Source: Enoplolaimus lenunculus
Taxonomy: Eukaryota
Assembly: GCA_030248215.1 (NCBI GenBank)
Contig: JASANG010001128.1
Location: 62,001-126,000, forward strand
Length of the DNA stretch: 64,000 nt
Direction of reading: 5' to 3'
The notes under the pieces were generated by a model. The model was not told the DNA's origin. It saw nothing but the letters and a program-made list of their open reading frames with translations, and did not search any database. Below, one piece after another: positions 12,001 to 22,840 of this stretch. The translations under genes were made by a program, and so were the position numbers. Each line of letters starts with the position of its first letter. Positions within the stretch are counted from its first letter, which is position 1.

Positions 12001-13771
12001 ATTTCAACCTCATGCTCTGCTAAAATTGTTTGGCCCCCTTGCAGGTTGATCTGGCTACGCGAGTGTGTCTGCTAACCTGTGTCTTTCGAAGCACTGACCA
12101 TCAGAATGAATCGTCATAGGTTGTACCTCCTAAAACCACAATTATGCATATATTTTCATGTTAATTAAAACACAAATTGCCAAAGTCATACAGAGGCACA
12201 GTAAAGTTTGCAGTAGCCGGTGGCCAAATCAAAAAAATGGACAATTTTCTGCTTGAATATTTCTGGCTTGTAGCTGGAGATAGTAGCGGCGCTGATCAAA
12301 CTTTTACTGAAACCTGATTTTATTGACCAGAAAAAAATGGCCAATGGTACTTTTAGTGCCGTAACAGTAGATTAAGCGTATTGCTAAGCCCACACTGCAA
12401 AAACAATGAGTCAAATTGACTCTCTCCGAAATAAGTTTTCCTGACTACATAAACTGAGTCAAATTCGACTCCGCCAGAGTCAAATTCGACTCACTGAGCG
12501 ACTCAGTGAATCGAAGCTGACTCCGGTGGAGTCCAATTTGGACTCAATTAGTATAGTCATGAAAAGTCTATCTCCGAGAGGGTCAATTTGACTCACCATT
12601 TTTTGCAGAGAAACTCTGAGCATTGTATTAATGTATTCTTAAGCCTAAGCCTAAACCTAAGCAAACAAATGTAGTCTAGGATATAAGCCTACTCTTTTAC
12701 AGACCCACCACAAACCGGAACTGCCCTAAAAGTAACATGGGCTAAAAAACTTTTGAAACCAAATAATTTTGTTTATTACCTGATTTTGACGATATTTATC
12801 AAACAGTTGTTGAATTTGTTTTCTTGTATTAATGATGCTGCGGTATTCATTGACCAAATCGCCGGCTTGCGAAGGAACGTTTTGATACCTAAAATCACAC
12901 GAAATTTTAACTAAAAATCATCTCGAAACACTGCAAGAGGCGAAGACAGGAATTGTCTTCGGAAGAAAATAGTCTGAATTGATTTTTGCGAGCGAAGGTA
13001 AGGGTCGAGAACAAGATTTTGCAGGCTGTTTTTAAATACCGTATAAACACAAAACATCTTGGTGACATCGGAAGTTTCTGAGCATCATATGTGATTGCTT
13101 GGCCATCCGTATGGGTGGCTTAGGTTACCAGTACGGGAAGACGTTTAGGTAACTGATGCTGAAAATAGCGAGGGGCTACATCGGCCGTAGCTCACTGGCG
13201 AGTTGCAGAGCCAACATAATCCTGTGAGTTGGAATCTGGACGTAATAGCTTCGTGGAACAGTTGTATAAGCATGTTTCTAAGCCTAAAGCTAAGCCTAAG
13301 CCTAAGCAAAAAATTAGTCTAAAGCTTAAGCTTACTGTATTCCAGACCCACAGAAAAACGTTCCTCGCCTGATCTTTACACAGGCCCGTAGCCAGCTCTC
13401 CTTGCTGGGATGGGGGCTAAAATTTTTTACGAGGGGCATTCAAGGATTTTTAATGACTTGCAAACAAGGTTGAAAATTTTCTGGGGGGGGCTGAAATTTT
13501 TCCTGGGAGGGGGCTTGTAGGTGGCTCTGCCACTCTCAAACCTATTTCAAACTAAAAATTAAAATATAAAATAAAACCAAATATCAAAACCGCACTTTAA
13601 GGGAGTCCCTGGCTGCACCTAATCTCTCTTAGAAATTAAGTTAGGCTTAGGCGTTGCTACAGGACCTAAAACTAGTAAAATCTGTGTTATGGCGGCTGTG
13701 TCCGCAATGTAAACTTACATTTGTTGAATATTATTGCATATATTGTTGGCCGTATTTGCTAGAAAGGACAT
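1..13771 (-). CDS. Multi-exon BAR + RhoGAP gene (ARHGAP17/ARHGAP44/SH3BP1-like); 3' end runs off the window
   Basis: Phase-consistent GT-AG exons give MSFLANT...VFGRPLEQHL...IAYIIEYSCEALMCLGLRQQGLFRIMG...DAHAIAGLMMLYLRELPDPVM...ELPKCNYDNLKYLIMFFAKIAKYSAENKMTASNLAMVIAP, the RhoGAP motif series. The preceding helical region resembles the RICH/nadrin BAR domain. Confidence 0.9.
520..957 (+). mobile_element. Family A2 TTAGGC-MITE interrupted by a CACTG element (537-786)
   Basis: Ends GATCCATGTTAC and GTAACATTGGCC; TSD GAAACATC/GAAACTTT; insert flanked by TA. Confidence 0.8.
1139..1216 (-). CDS. RhoGAP exon (VDGPDRVAALKRIVKELPKCNYDNLK)
   Basis: TTCAG acceptor, AA|GTACGT donor; LPxxN motif. Confidence 0.92.
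1912..2080 (-). mobile_element. Family A1 TTAGGC-MITE
   Basis: Ends GGCCAATGTAAAGAAC and TACCTGGGCC; TSD CATAATTA/CATAATTG. Confidence 0.85.
2200..2281 (-). CDS. RhoGAP exon (GLMMLYLRELPDPVMRYDKYDAWIAAA)
   Basis: TTTTAG acceptor, AG|GTAATG donor; YLRELPxP motif. Confidence 0.93.
2942..3132. mobile_element. Family D CMC/EnSpm-like palindromic MITE (CACTGCAAAA ends)
   Basis: Long TIRs; 2-bp TSD TA here and TG at 40785-41072; other copies at 12393-12610, about 985-1078 and about 37887-38025. Confidence 0.82.
4023..4250 (+). mobile_element. Family A3 TTAGGC-MITE
   Basis: GCCCATGTATAGAACAG ... CTGTTCTATACGTTGGCT; perfect TSD ATATCTTT. Confidence 0.85.
4341..4452 (-). CDS. RhoGAP exon with arginine finger (GLFRIMG...DAHAIA)
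   Basis: TTTTCAAG acceptor, G|GTAAGT donor; GLFR motif. Confidence 0.93.
5308..5462. repeat. 31-bp tandem repeat x5 inside a family A1 MITE
   Basis: Unit AAGCCAAGCAATTAGTCTAAAGCTTAAGCTT. Confidence 0.92.
5661..5774 (-). repeat. Interstitial telomeric-type array, about 19 TTAGGC units
   Basis: 14 perfect TAAGCC units, one variant, three more perfect units and a final variant. Confidence 0.95.
5865..5992 (-). CDS. RhoGAP domain start exon (HEPRRLVFGRPLEQHL...LGLRQQ)
   Basis: TTTTAG acceptor, CAG|GTAAGA donor; VFGxPLExHL motif. Confidence 0.93.
6041..6212 (+). mobile_element. hAT-like MITE (CAGTGGCGGATCC ... AATCCGCCATTG)
   Basis: Perfect 8-bp TSD AACTCTAC. Confidence 0.85.
6456..6898. mobile_element. 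TIR element (GACCCGAATAAGAGG), possibly Tc1/mariner-pogo type
   Basis: Inverted ends of about 22 bp; partial second copy at about 36504-36745. Confidence 0.6.
7730..7811 (-). CDS. RhoGAP gene exon (LIDPRRFIETEEQMIIADDLAFITYNF)
   Basis: TTTTTAG acceptor, G|GTAAGT donor, phase 0 to 1. Confidence 0.8.
8092..8240. repeat. ~150-bp fold-back inverted repeat, with a third arm at about 8290-8400
   Basis: CCAACATCTTAAAAA..GGTTACAGATTA pairs with TAATCTGTAACC..TTTTTAAGATGTTGG. Confidence 0.7.
8435..8503 (-). CDS. RhoGAP gene exon (NALAIQIYVLDTKRIEITNLLKE)
   Basis: TTTTAG acceptor, GAG|GTAAGC donor, phase 0 to 0. Confidence 0.8.
8615..8876 (-). mobile_element. Family E1 MITE
   Basis: Reverse complement of the 39700 copy; degenerate TTAA flanks. 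Confidence 0.8.
9168..9335 (+). mobile_element. Family F hAT-like MITE in a RhoGAP intron
   Basis: Family core and ends; degenerate TSD ATCAGGTT/ACCAGGGT. Confidence 0.8.
9438..9486 (-). CDS. RhoGAP gene, candidate exon (DPDHNFHNSMQIEDKK)
   Basis: TTTATAG acceptor, AAG|GTACTT donor; supplies the needed phase 2 to 0 link. Confidence 0.55.
9549..9607 (-). repeat. Interstitial (TTAGGC)9 array
   Basis: Perfect GCCTAA units. Confidence 0.93.
10360..10430 (-). CDS. RhoGAP gene exon (DDIQKMLMANAEIERLAKSAQSAR), BAR-like helix
   Basis: TTTTCAG acceptor, AG|GTACCT donor, phase 0 to 2. Confidence 0.7.
10807..10855 (-). CDS. RhoGAP gene exon (DKNSDIKLTNLMQTYE)
   Basis: TTTTAG acceptor, GAG|GTAAGC donor, phase 2 to 0. 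Confidence 0.65.
10965..11183 (-). mobile_element. Family E2 MITE
   Basis: CCCTTTCTCACAT ... ATGAGTTAAAGGG-TTAA. Confidence 0.8.
11481..11664. repeat. ~62-bp tandem repeat x3
   Basis: TTTAGACGTTATTACCTCCTGTAATATAATCCTAGCTGCGCTCCTGG recurs three times. Confidence 0.9.
12077..12129 (-). CDS. RhoGAP gene, candidate exon (EVQPMTIHSDGQCFERH)
   Basis: TTTTAG acceptor, AG|GTTAGC donor, phase 0 to 2 fits neighbours; no diagnostic motif. Confidence 0.45.
12780..12888 (-). CDS. RhoGAP gene exon (YQNVPSQAGDLVNEYRSIINTRKQIQQLFDKYRQNQ), BAR-like region
   Basis: TTTTAG acceptor, CAG|GTAATA donor, open frame, phase 2 to 0. Confidence 0.75.
13719..13771 (-). CDS. RhoGAP gene, first coding exon (MSFLANTANNICNNIQQ)
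   Basis: ATG at 13771; AT|GTAAGT donor, phase 2, matching the next exon; upstream TTTTACAG acceptor ending at 13813. Confidence 0.7.
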
Positions 13772-16700
13772 AGCTAGGCTATGTCAGCACCAAAATGGTG
13801 CTTGTTAATTGGCTGTAAAATAACAGTATTGTTGTTGTTATTGTAGGTGGAGTGTTGTACCGGGTGCGTGGCTCTGGACCTCAACCGCATAGCGGACACC
13901 CAATTGTGGGTGTCTGCAATATGCAAATGACGTCGAGACGCATATGGGTAGCCGGGACCGGAATCATTATCAGTTTTGAGCCAGTACGAGTTGGTGAATC
14001 GCATTTTACGGAGTCTTGTGTTTCTTATTCTTTTTGATTGGTCAGAAGCGTACGTGGTTGAAGCCTTGAACGGAGCCTTGGTAAGTAGGATTTGAAGTGG
14101 ATTAGTTTAAGTATAGTCACGGAGGCGCCCACTATGTGAAGGAAATCTGGGTAGTGGATATTCTTGGTGTTGCGGAAGGCGCAGGTTAACCCAGTATTGA
14201 GATACTGGTGTCATGTGTTAATACAAACTTGGGAATATTAGGAGAACCTAAGAAATCGTAGTCTAATAAGTCTAACGGGGTTAGATTTATTATTCTACAA
14301 CGGATTGGGCCAAATCTAACGGGGGTTAGATTGGTCGGTAAAATTTGGTGTATCTCTAACGGGGTTAGAGTGCACGGTTCAACAGGGTGTAATTCTAACG
14401 GGGTTAGAATTGCACGGAGTTTGGAAAATAGCAAAAGTATTGGTATCGGTAAAGCCAGTGGCTGGATTAAAACAGATTCAGGCGTCGGCTTTAAGGATTC
14501 CGGCTCAGGTTGCCAGTTAAATTGCATAACCTGTGATTTACTGGTGTTTAATATTGGCGTTATAACGGATTTGGGGAGGGTTAATAAACATTTACCGGCC
14601 GCGTCTACTAAATCAGAGCGATAAGCATACATCGAGAAAAGAACTGCATAAAGGTGATACGGGATACAGGGCTGAGTCAAAATCACGAACTTCTCACAGG
14701 GCTGAGTCGATGCTGGTCCCCCCCTCTTGGCTACGGGCCCGTCTTTACATGGGACTTTTCCATTGTTGCAATTAATGGAATTAAAATGTGCGTAATTTCG
14801 AAACATAGCATCTGCGCCCGAGCTCATATACTGATATTCGGTGGTTCAATTCTGTGAAAGCCTTCTACTATCGAGTCTTAACTGGTGCTACATCAAATTG
14901 TGGAAACCTTAACTTGTACCTTGCTCACTGTCAGGGACGGATTCGCAAATTTTTGACGGGGGCGTGCAAAGTTGAAAAACACCTGAAGCGAAACACAATT
15001 TCAGTACTAAACTGTACTACAAAATTTTGGTATTTGGTTCCTGTTACACGGGCGTTGCCTAAGTGCCCGCAATGATCCGCTGGTGCAGTTGCTGACAAAC
15101 ATACTTGAGATCGCGTATTGATGGCCTCCCGGCTTTAGATTTCGGGCAGCATCGGCAGCTTTCTGAACACAATTTCCATAAGAATTCTGAGCGTTTCATT
15201 TTATCATTGATATTCCGCTATTTTTGATAAAAATAGCCCATATAAATATATATATATATACATTATATATATATGTATATATATACCTAAGCCTAAGCTT
15301 AAAGCCTAAGCGTAAGAATGCTCTTATTTCTAAGCCTAAGCCATTGCCTAAGCAAAAAATTGGTCCGAATCTTAAGCTTACTCTATAGCAGTCTCTCAGA
15401 TAAACGTTCCGTTCCTAATCTTTACATGGGCCGACTATACTGTGTAGCGCCCGTAAGTGAACCTAACAGCCACTGAAACACACATCATCACCTTCAGTAT
15501 TGAATCATTTTCAAGAAGCACAAAAATAACAAAACGAAAAAGTAAAAAAAACCCCGTTACACCGTGAAAAGTTAATTTTCGGGAATGAATCAAACGCTGT
15601 AGACTGCAGGATATTCATTGGTCTCTATTAGCAGTAAGATAGCAATAAGTATTGTTCAAAATTATACAAACATTGTTGACATTAAAACGCCAAACTGATA
15701 AAACAAACGGCCATACGTTTAGGATCGCAAAGATAGATTAAGCCTATTTCTAAGCTTAAGTCTTAGCCAAAGGGTTGAAAATAGTGGCCAATGTAAAGAA
15801 CACGGGCGGAACAGTATTATATAAGCATATTCCTAAAGCCTAAGCGTAAGCCTAAACCTATCGTTTATTCCTAAGTCTGCGTAAGCCTGCTAAGCAAAGC
15901 CAAAAACAAGTCTAAAGCTTAAGCTTACGCTATTGCAGTCCCACAGAAAAATCGTTCCACCCCTCATCTTTACATGGGCCAAAAAATGTAGACCTAAGCT
16001 TTAAAACCTAAATCTCGGCCTAAGCAAAAAATAAAGTTCGAAATATAAGATTACTCCATAAAAGCTTAAACTAACTTGTATTTTAAGCATATGCTAATTT
16101 ACCAGTGTTAAATAACTTTCTAAACTTACCAGGTTAATGTGTATGTCTAACGCTCATTAAAATCTTACATATTTTTAGTTTAAGCTGAACTTAATGAACT
16201 CTTATATAGATGCTAATTATGGATTGCGCTTCATACATAAACCTAAATTTAATTTCACCTAAACTGGTGTTAAACTGAAAAGATATGCCAGTCCAAGTAC
16301 AATGCTAGTTTAGTTAATCCGTTCAGCTGTTTAAGTTTTACTTAAATTAATATTCAAGTTTAGTTAAGCTATAATTTAAGTTTTTAGAATGTACTCTTTT
16401 ATAATTTTACCAGTAAACAAAACAGTACTGTCCGAAAACAAACATGGGTCATAGAAACTAACCAGTAAAAAGGCCTAAAATATAAGAGATCTCTGTACGT
16501 TAAACGAATTTAACCTGTACCCTGTACTAAAACGCCAGAAAATTACCTGAAATCGTACATATTTTTTATCGGTTCACAAAACTTTCCGGAGCCGTAAGTG
16601 AAACCGGAGGTGAGGCGAAATTAGGTAGTTAAAATGATGTTTAATTTGTTAATTTTTTCACTAAATATCTGCAAGATGTTGTTAAATCGTTTAGTTTTAC

Positions 16701-17135
16701 GCTTATTTTTTTACGAAATGTTTTCAATTCTTTGCTCAAAATTGTGACAAATCTTACTCCGAAACACGCTAAATATGTTGCAGGACTTTGCATAATTTCA
16801 CTACCAAAATTGCCGGAACCTTCGGCAAAAATTCTACGGGAGCCGAAGGTCGATTTTTTGCCGAGCCGGATATCCGGTCCAACCTTGATATATATGCCGG
16901 AAGCTGACCTCCGGTTATATCGTGATGGGGTTCCTTGTTCTTGCATATTTTTTCAAAAATGCTTACAACAATTTGAAAACTAAAATTTCAGTCAATTTCT
17001 TCTTTCTCTTCAATAAACACAGGATTTCTCGCAGGTTTTTGCTTTAAAACATTTTTAGTGAAAAATTGGTGAATTTATAGTTTTCTTTGTTTTCATTTTA
17101 TAACGAAATTAATATATAAAAATAGGAGTTTGAAT

Positions 17136-17567
17136 CAGAGGCGGATCCAAAAATTTCTGACGTTAAAGGGGCGGGCTGGCAAATGTTATGAAACGCAAAA
17201 ATTGTAAGGTAGGCACCTCATCATTTTATCACCAAAAAATTTTCTCAGGGCGAATAATTGGGCCCATGTAAAGCTCAGAGGCGCCAAGTTTTTCTGTGGG
17301 ACTACAACAGAGTAAAGCTTAAGCTTTGGACTAATTTTTTTGCTTCGCTTAGGCTTAGGCTTAGGCTTAGGCTTAGGAATATGCTCATTGTTACGCTTAG
17401 GTTTTAGGCTTAGGCTTAGGATTAGGAATATACTTTTAATACTGTTCCGCCCTTGTTCTTTACATTGGCCAAAAATTGTAAAGCAGTGACCTCAGCAGTT
17501 TAACACAAAAAAATTTCTGATGGGGGGGCGTACGCCCCCCCCTGCCCCCACTCTTGATCCACTTGTG
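17136..17567 (+). mobile_element. Family B hAT-like MITE (CAGAGGCGGATCC end)
   Basis: TSD GTTTGAAT/GCTTGAAT; other copies at 2442-2718, about 19600-19875, 35605-35790, 40413-40570, 44040-44221 and 63080-63360. Confidence 0.82.
17261..17470 (+). mobile_element. Family A1 MITE nested in a family B MITE
   Basis: TSD AATAATTG/AAAAATTG. Confidence 0.88.
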
Positions 17568-17890
17568 GCTTGAATGCCTCAAACCCAAATAAATTTGTCG
17601 CTTTATTCTGGTGCAATTTACACCGCATCTGCGAAATTTATATATAATCCTTACTAATACTTCGAAGCATCATTTTCATTAATTACATTTTTGTCCAACG
17701 TCAAAAATTTCTCGACCCACCACGGCGACGCGGTCTCGTTTCGGACACTGTTTGATGTTCGATCGCCCCAGGGTCGAACTTTGGCGTACGTCTCTTGTTA
17801 CTTTGGCGACGGCCAAACGTTGTGACCTGTGAGGACTCTAACAGGCGGTGTTGCAGCTTTAAAGTTTGAAATATAATAAAACAATTAATA

Positions 17891-17982
17891 TTTGGTGTTA
17901 AACTGAAAACATTTTTGGTGTTAAACTGAAAACATTTTTGGTGTTAAACTGAAAACATTTTTGGTGTTAAACTGAAAACATT
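17891..17982. repeat. 23-bp tandem repeat x4
   Basis: Unit TTGGTGTTAAACTGAAAACATTT. Confidence 0.92.
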
Positions 17983-18269
17983 ATGCTTATAAATATTTAG
18001 TCTGGTTGCTTTATTTTAATTTATACGGGAGATGTTACGATGATGTGTCTTCGGCTTTGCCAAAAGGGGGAACGTGGGTCATGGTCCCTTTGAAGTAAGA
18101 TTTGTTCGCCGGATAAAGGACAGCGGCTTAGCAGCTGATCCAAAACCGAAGGGAACCATATACGCTGGAGCGCAATAGATGGTGGTACACAAAACCTCGC
18201 AAAGCGAGAAACGAATCGCAATTATGATAATTGTAAGGTATGGACTCTACTATTTTTCGTGCAATTTTC

Positions 18270-18476
18270 GGCCCATGTAAAGATCAGGGGCGGAACGGTT
18301 TTATTTGGGACTACAAAAGAGTAAGCTTAAAGCTTTTAGACTCATTTTTTGCTTGGCTTTGGCTTAGGCTTAGGAATAAATTCATTCTTACGCTTAAGCA
18401 TAGACTTTTAGGCATATGAGTGGGCTTATAGAAATATGCTTATAATGCTGTTCCGCTCCTGTTCTTTGCATTGGTC
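18270..18476 (+). mobile_element. Family A1 MITE
   Basis: Perfect TSD CAATTTTC. Confidence 0.88.
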
Positions 18477-18624
18477 CAATTTTCCATTGAACAAACTTAT
18501 CTGACGTAAAAATGGTTAAGACCGGCATGCCGGCTGCTGCCCGACTGGATAAAGACTCTAATTTGTCGAATTCTTTTTAGGGCGGAACGTTGTTCTGCAG
18601 AACTGCAATTGGGTAAGCTTAAGC

Positions 18625-18807
18625 GGCCCATGTTTCTTTAAGGCGCGTCCAGGTTTTGGTGGGTCTATAAAAGATTATGTTTAGATTCTAGATTACATTT
18701 TTAGCTTAGGCTTAGGTTTAGGCTTAGGAGCTCATTTTTGCAACGTATAGGCTTAGGCTTAGAAATGCGCTTAGTCTACTGTTACGCCCCTAAACGTAAC
18801 ATTAGCC
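18625..18807 (+). mobile_element. Family A2 MITE nested in an older A1 copy (about 18578-18946)
   Basis: TSD GCTTAAGC/GCCTAAGC; A1 sequence resumes after the insert. Confidence 0.82.
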
Positions 18808-19881
18808 GCCTAAGCATTAGACAGTTTTTTTTGCTTGATCTTAGTCTTAGGCTTAAGTATAAATCTCTTACGCTTAAGCTTAGGCTGTCTTAGGCTTAGG
18901 CTGAAAAATATGCCTTGGTGCAATGTCCCTACTGTATGCATTGACCCTCGTTTCTACCGCTGAATCACGATTAAACCTAGAGAGTTACTACAAAATTTGA
19001 ATTTCTTAAAAAGTAGAAAACAACAGTCAAAGGAACCGATTTTAATATTTTTCAAAATAAATGCACTTATTTTTATTGATCAGAAAATATTATTAATTGT
19101 CACAAAAACATCTCAATCATTTAATATTATTGTGGTCGGAATATTTTTTTGGGATCTGCATACATTTTACAAAACGATCCTTAGAATCAAGACAGAATAG
19201 CGGATCCATCGAGGAATTTATATTTTAGAACAGGCCCTTTAGAGTATGTTCAACCTTGCTTGTATGTCAACGAAAACACCTGTATGCCCTCCTGAATGAT
19301 GTTCAGCCGCCCACCCCCAGCAAGGTCGGCTGGCTACAGGCCTGCAGTGGTGGATCCACGATTTACCGGTCGGAGCGGATGATTTTCGTGTTGCAATATT
19401 TGACAGTATTAAAAGCACGTTTTATTAGCAATTGAGCAACAGGGACGAAACTACGACAGGGGGAGCAGCCCTTACAGACACCGGCTCATGTGATGATGAG
19501 GGGCGGAACGTTATACTGCGGGACTATAACAGGGTAGGCTTTAGACTGACGAGGTTGGTTTTGTCTTAGGCGTAGGACCACAAACGGATACAGAGGGAGG
19601 GGGTAGGTCGAGCGGCATACGCCTCCATTGTAACATTTATTGTGATAAGATGGTATGGTTCCAACCTTAGAATTTTTACCCTCAGAAAATATTTTGTAAA
19701 AAAATACAATTTTTTCCTCAGAATTTTTTGTGATAAAATGGTCGTTAAGCTCCCAACCTTATAATTGTTCACCTCAGAAACATTTTTGGTTGCATAATGA
19801 TAAGGTACGTAAAAAATTTTGCGTTTCGTAACATTTGCCATCCCGCCCCCGTCACAAATTTTTGGTTCCGCCTCCACGTAG

Positions 19882-20104
19882 GATCCATATTCTCAAATGT
19901 GTATAGCAACTATCTTCCGTAGTAATGGGTTTTCAAACGCACAAAACAATTCAATTGTTGCACTAAAAATTCGTACAATAGTATAGACAAATATCATATG
20001 TGAAAAATGTGCTAAATTTTGAGCCTCACTATTCCCTGGTTTCAAACTTGTAAGACCTATCACCAACTGGTAATAGGTGCAACACACATTTGAGAATACG
20101 GGCT
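19882..20104. mobile_element. Family J PIF/Harbinger-like MITE
   Basis: TIR core CC(G/A)TATTCTCAAATGTGT; 3-bp TSD TAG; second copy at 45320-45532 (CTG/CTA) nested in a family A element. Confidence 0.7.
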
Positions 20105-20379
20105 TAGGTTTCAGTTATACAAAACATTACATTTTTCAAAATACACTACTGCAGTTCCTCTCAGATATTTTTGACATATTTCAAGGTTAGTTTTTCTAAT
20201 ATCAAATCATTATTTTTGTGTATATTTCAGTTTCTAAACATATATAAAATGCTATGATCGGTATCAATTGTATTTGTTGCGGAATGTTTTTTTGCAAAGA
20301 AACACAATTTTTTACAACATTTTTGAAGTTATTTTTGCGAAAACTTTACATGAATTTGAGAAAAGTTGCGGTAGTTTAA

Positions 20380-20647
20380 CCCTTTCTCACATGAATATTT
20401 TCAATTTCATATGAGATGTAGCTTCAAGGTAAGATTCGATACCCAGTCTCTCTGGTTGGAGGCGTTTATGATGACCACTCAGCTATAGGAGCTTGACGCT
20501 CGAGCCCGATGGGCGCTCTCACGTCATGTAGAGATTTGCACTGTGCATATATGCTAGAATTGTTAAACAGTGTTCATAGTGTCTGTGTTGCTCGTATATT
20601 ACTTGTACTTAGTTGCTCATACTATACTGACTCTATGAGTTGAAAGG
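20380..20647 (-). mobile_element. Family E2 MITE
   Basis: TTAA on both sides; matches the 26615 copy. Confidence 0.85.
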
Positions 20648-21051
20648 TTAAAACTAGAAATTACTACAAGGCAGACTACTGACGTTGTTAAAGCGTAAGA
20701 ACACCTGTTCCGCTTAGGCTTAGACTTAGGAATAACTCATAACATTACTGCTTGCCGGGCCAGAAACGGCCCACGAAGGGCTCAGCACTCCTGTATCCCT
20801 TTCCCTCCCCCTAGAAACCTTTCAACCTTGCTCGTAAGTCATCGAAAACCCTTGTGTGGCCTTCCTTGAAAATTATTCAGACCCTCAAGCAGTGGGCGGC
20901 TGGCTACAGGCCAGCCACTCAAATGAGGTTTACTGGATGTCGTCTACGAGCGCATTCTTATCAGAAATGAATGAAATGGTGTAATGTTTTGATGCGATTT
21001 CAAACGTTTCCACAAGCACACTTGACTTTAGGAGGAAAACCGACATTGTTC

Positions 21052-21492
21052 GACCCATGTAAAGGTCAGGGGAGCAACGTTTTTCTGCGGGACCGCAATA
21101 GCGTAAGCTTAAACTTTAGACTAATTTTTTGCTTGGATTATGCTTAGGCTTAGGCTTCGGCTTAGGCTTAGGCTTAGGCTTAGGCTTAGGCTTAGGCTTA
21201 CGCTTCGGCTTAGGCTTAGGCTTCGGCTTAGGCTTAGGCTTAGGCTTACGCTTCGGCTTAGGCTTAGGCTTCGGCTTAGGCTTAGGCTTAGGCTTACGCT
21301 TCGGCTTAGGCTTAGGCTTCGGCTTAGGCTTAGGCTTAGGCTTACGCTTAGGCTTAGTTTTCGGCTTAGGCTTAGACTTAGACTTAGGCTTAGGCTTAGG
21401 CTTAGGCTTAGGCTTAGGCTTCGGCGTAGGCTTAGGCTTAGGCTTACGGATATACTTATATTACTGATCCGCCCCTGTTCTTTACATAGGCC
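21052..21492 (+). mobile_element. Family A1 MITE with a ~300-bp expanded TTAGGC array
   Basis: A1 TIRs; TSD CATTGTTC/CATCATTC; array about 21141-21447 with TTCGGC/TTACGC variants. Confidence 0.88.
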
Positions 21493-21788
21493 CATCATTC
21501 TATAGAATTCATCTCCGGATATGGTTCATTAGGCATTTCCCTACTACTGAGAACGTATTGTGCAATGTTATTAGTTGTCTTTATAGTACTCGCTGGCCTG
21601 GTACAAATTCAATTACTATTTTCGCTCTACGTAGTTCTACCGAGCTTAAAAGTTAGTTTATCTTTGGTGATAGTTCACCAGGGTGTATGTTAGACCATGG
21701 ACTTGGGATACTGGGCTAAGAATATCCTGATTCACATTTTGTATACACACTTTTACATGCTTTAGAATTCGCTGCTGATAAACTGGCC

Positions 21789-21942
21789 GAACCATGTATA
21801 GAACAGGGCCGGATCGTTTTCCGCAGTGGCTGTAATAGAGTCACTTTAAGCTTTAGACTAGTTTTTTGCTTAGTCTTAGGCTTAGGCTTAGGTTTAGGAA
21901 TATGCTTATACTACTGTTCGGGCCCTGTTCTATACTTGGGCC
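21789..21942 (+). mobile_element. Family A3 MITE
   Basis: TSD AACTGGCC/AACTGGCT. Confidence 0.82.
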
Positions 21943-22653
21943 AACTGGCTGATGCAAGCTATGACAATTTTCCTAACTATTATTTCAACAGTCAGCTTCA
22001 ATTCAGCTGTATTGGGGTGTTCTTGACCGTTACTTTGTTTAAATTTTAATTTTCTCTGATTTTTTAAAATTAGTTTATACAATCAAATTTATTCGGGTCA
22101 GGATTAATAAAATTGTCTGCGGCCCACACCCACCATTGGTAAGAAATCTGGCCAATCACGAGTCCGTAGTAAAACAGGGGCAGGGGTATCTGCTCAGCCG
22201 TCTTAGAAGAATATTGGCTCCTTCTAGGGAACTTTCAACCAGCTTTTCACCCTGTTGGTATTATTGTATACCCTCCTAAAAAATTTCTGAGCCCTGGCTT
22301 CGGGACCCGAGCGAAGCGAACGAAAATCTTGGCACAATTTTAAAATTTATAAATCCCAAGGATTAACTTAAGCCTTGGGTCAGTTGCGTATACGATACAA
22401 ACCTTTCGAGGGACGCTAGTGAGAATCTAGTCGTAATTTTAATATTAAACTTCATAGCAAAGGTGACAATGCGTTTCTTAGTTCATGGATTGGGGTCTTG
22501 ACCAAAGCACCCTCCTTGCTGGCTATGCGACTGCTTGCACGACAGGAACCCTATATGCTGGACTCAGTACTGCGTAATTTTAAACCTGAAACAAGGATTG
22601 TTCCTGCAAGAATATGCATAACCCAACAATTACACATTTGTGTTAATCTTTTC

Positions 22654-22840
22654 GGTCCATGGTACTTTAAGGGGCGTCCAGGTTTCTGGTGGGTCTATAA
22701 CAAAGTAGGTTTATATTCTAGATTACATTGGCTTAGGCTTAGGCTTAGGCTTAGGCTTAGGAACACATTTTTGCAACGCTTAGGCTTAGACTTAGGAATA
22801 CGCTTAATCTACTGTTACGCCCCTTTAAGTAACATTGGCC
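22654..22840 (+). mobile_element. Family A2 MITE
   Basis: Perfect TSD ATCTTTTC. Confidence 0.9.

Noticed and set aside
17700..18225. Minus-strand exons of a further gene
   Set aside because: GC-richer with short open frames, but splice sites are weak and no motif is recognisable; left uncalled
21141..21447. A true chromosome end or telomere fusion
   Set aside because: The array is enclosed by MITE TIRs and a TSD, has one orientation, and unique sequence continues on both sides
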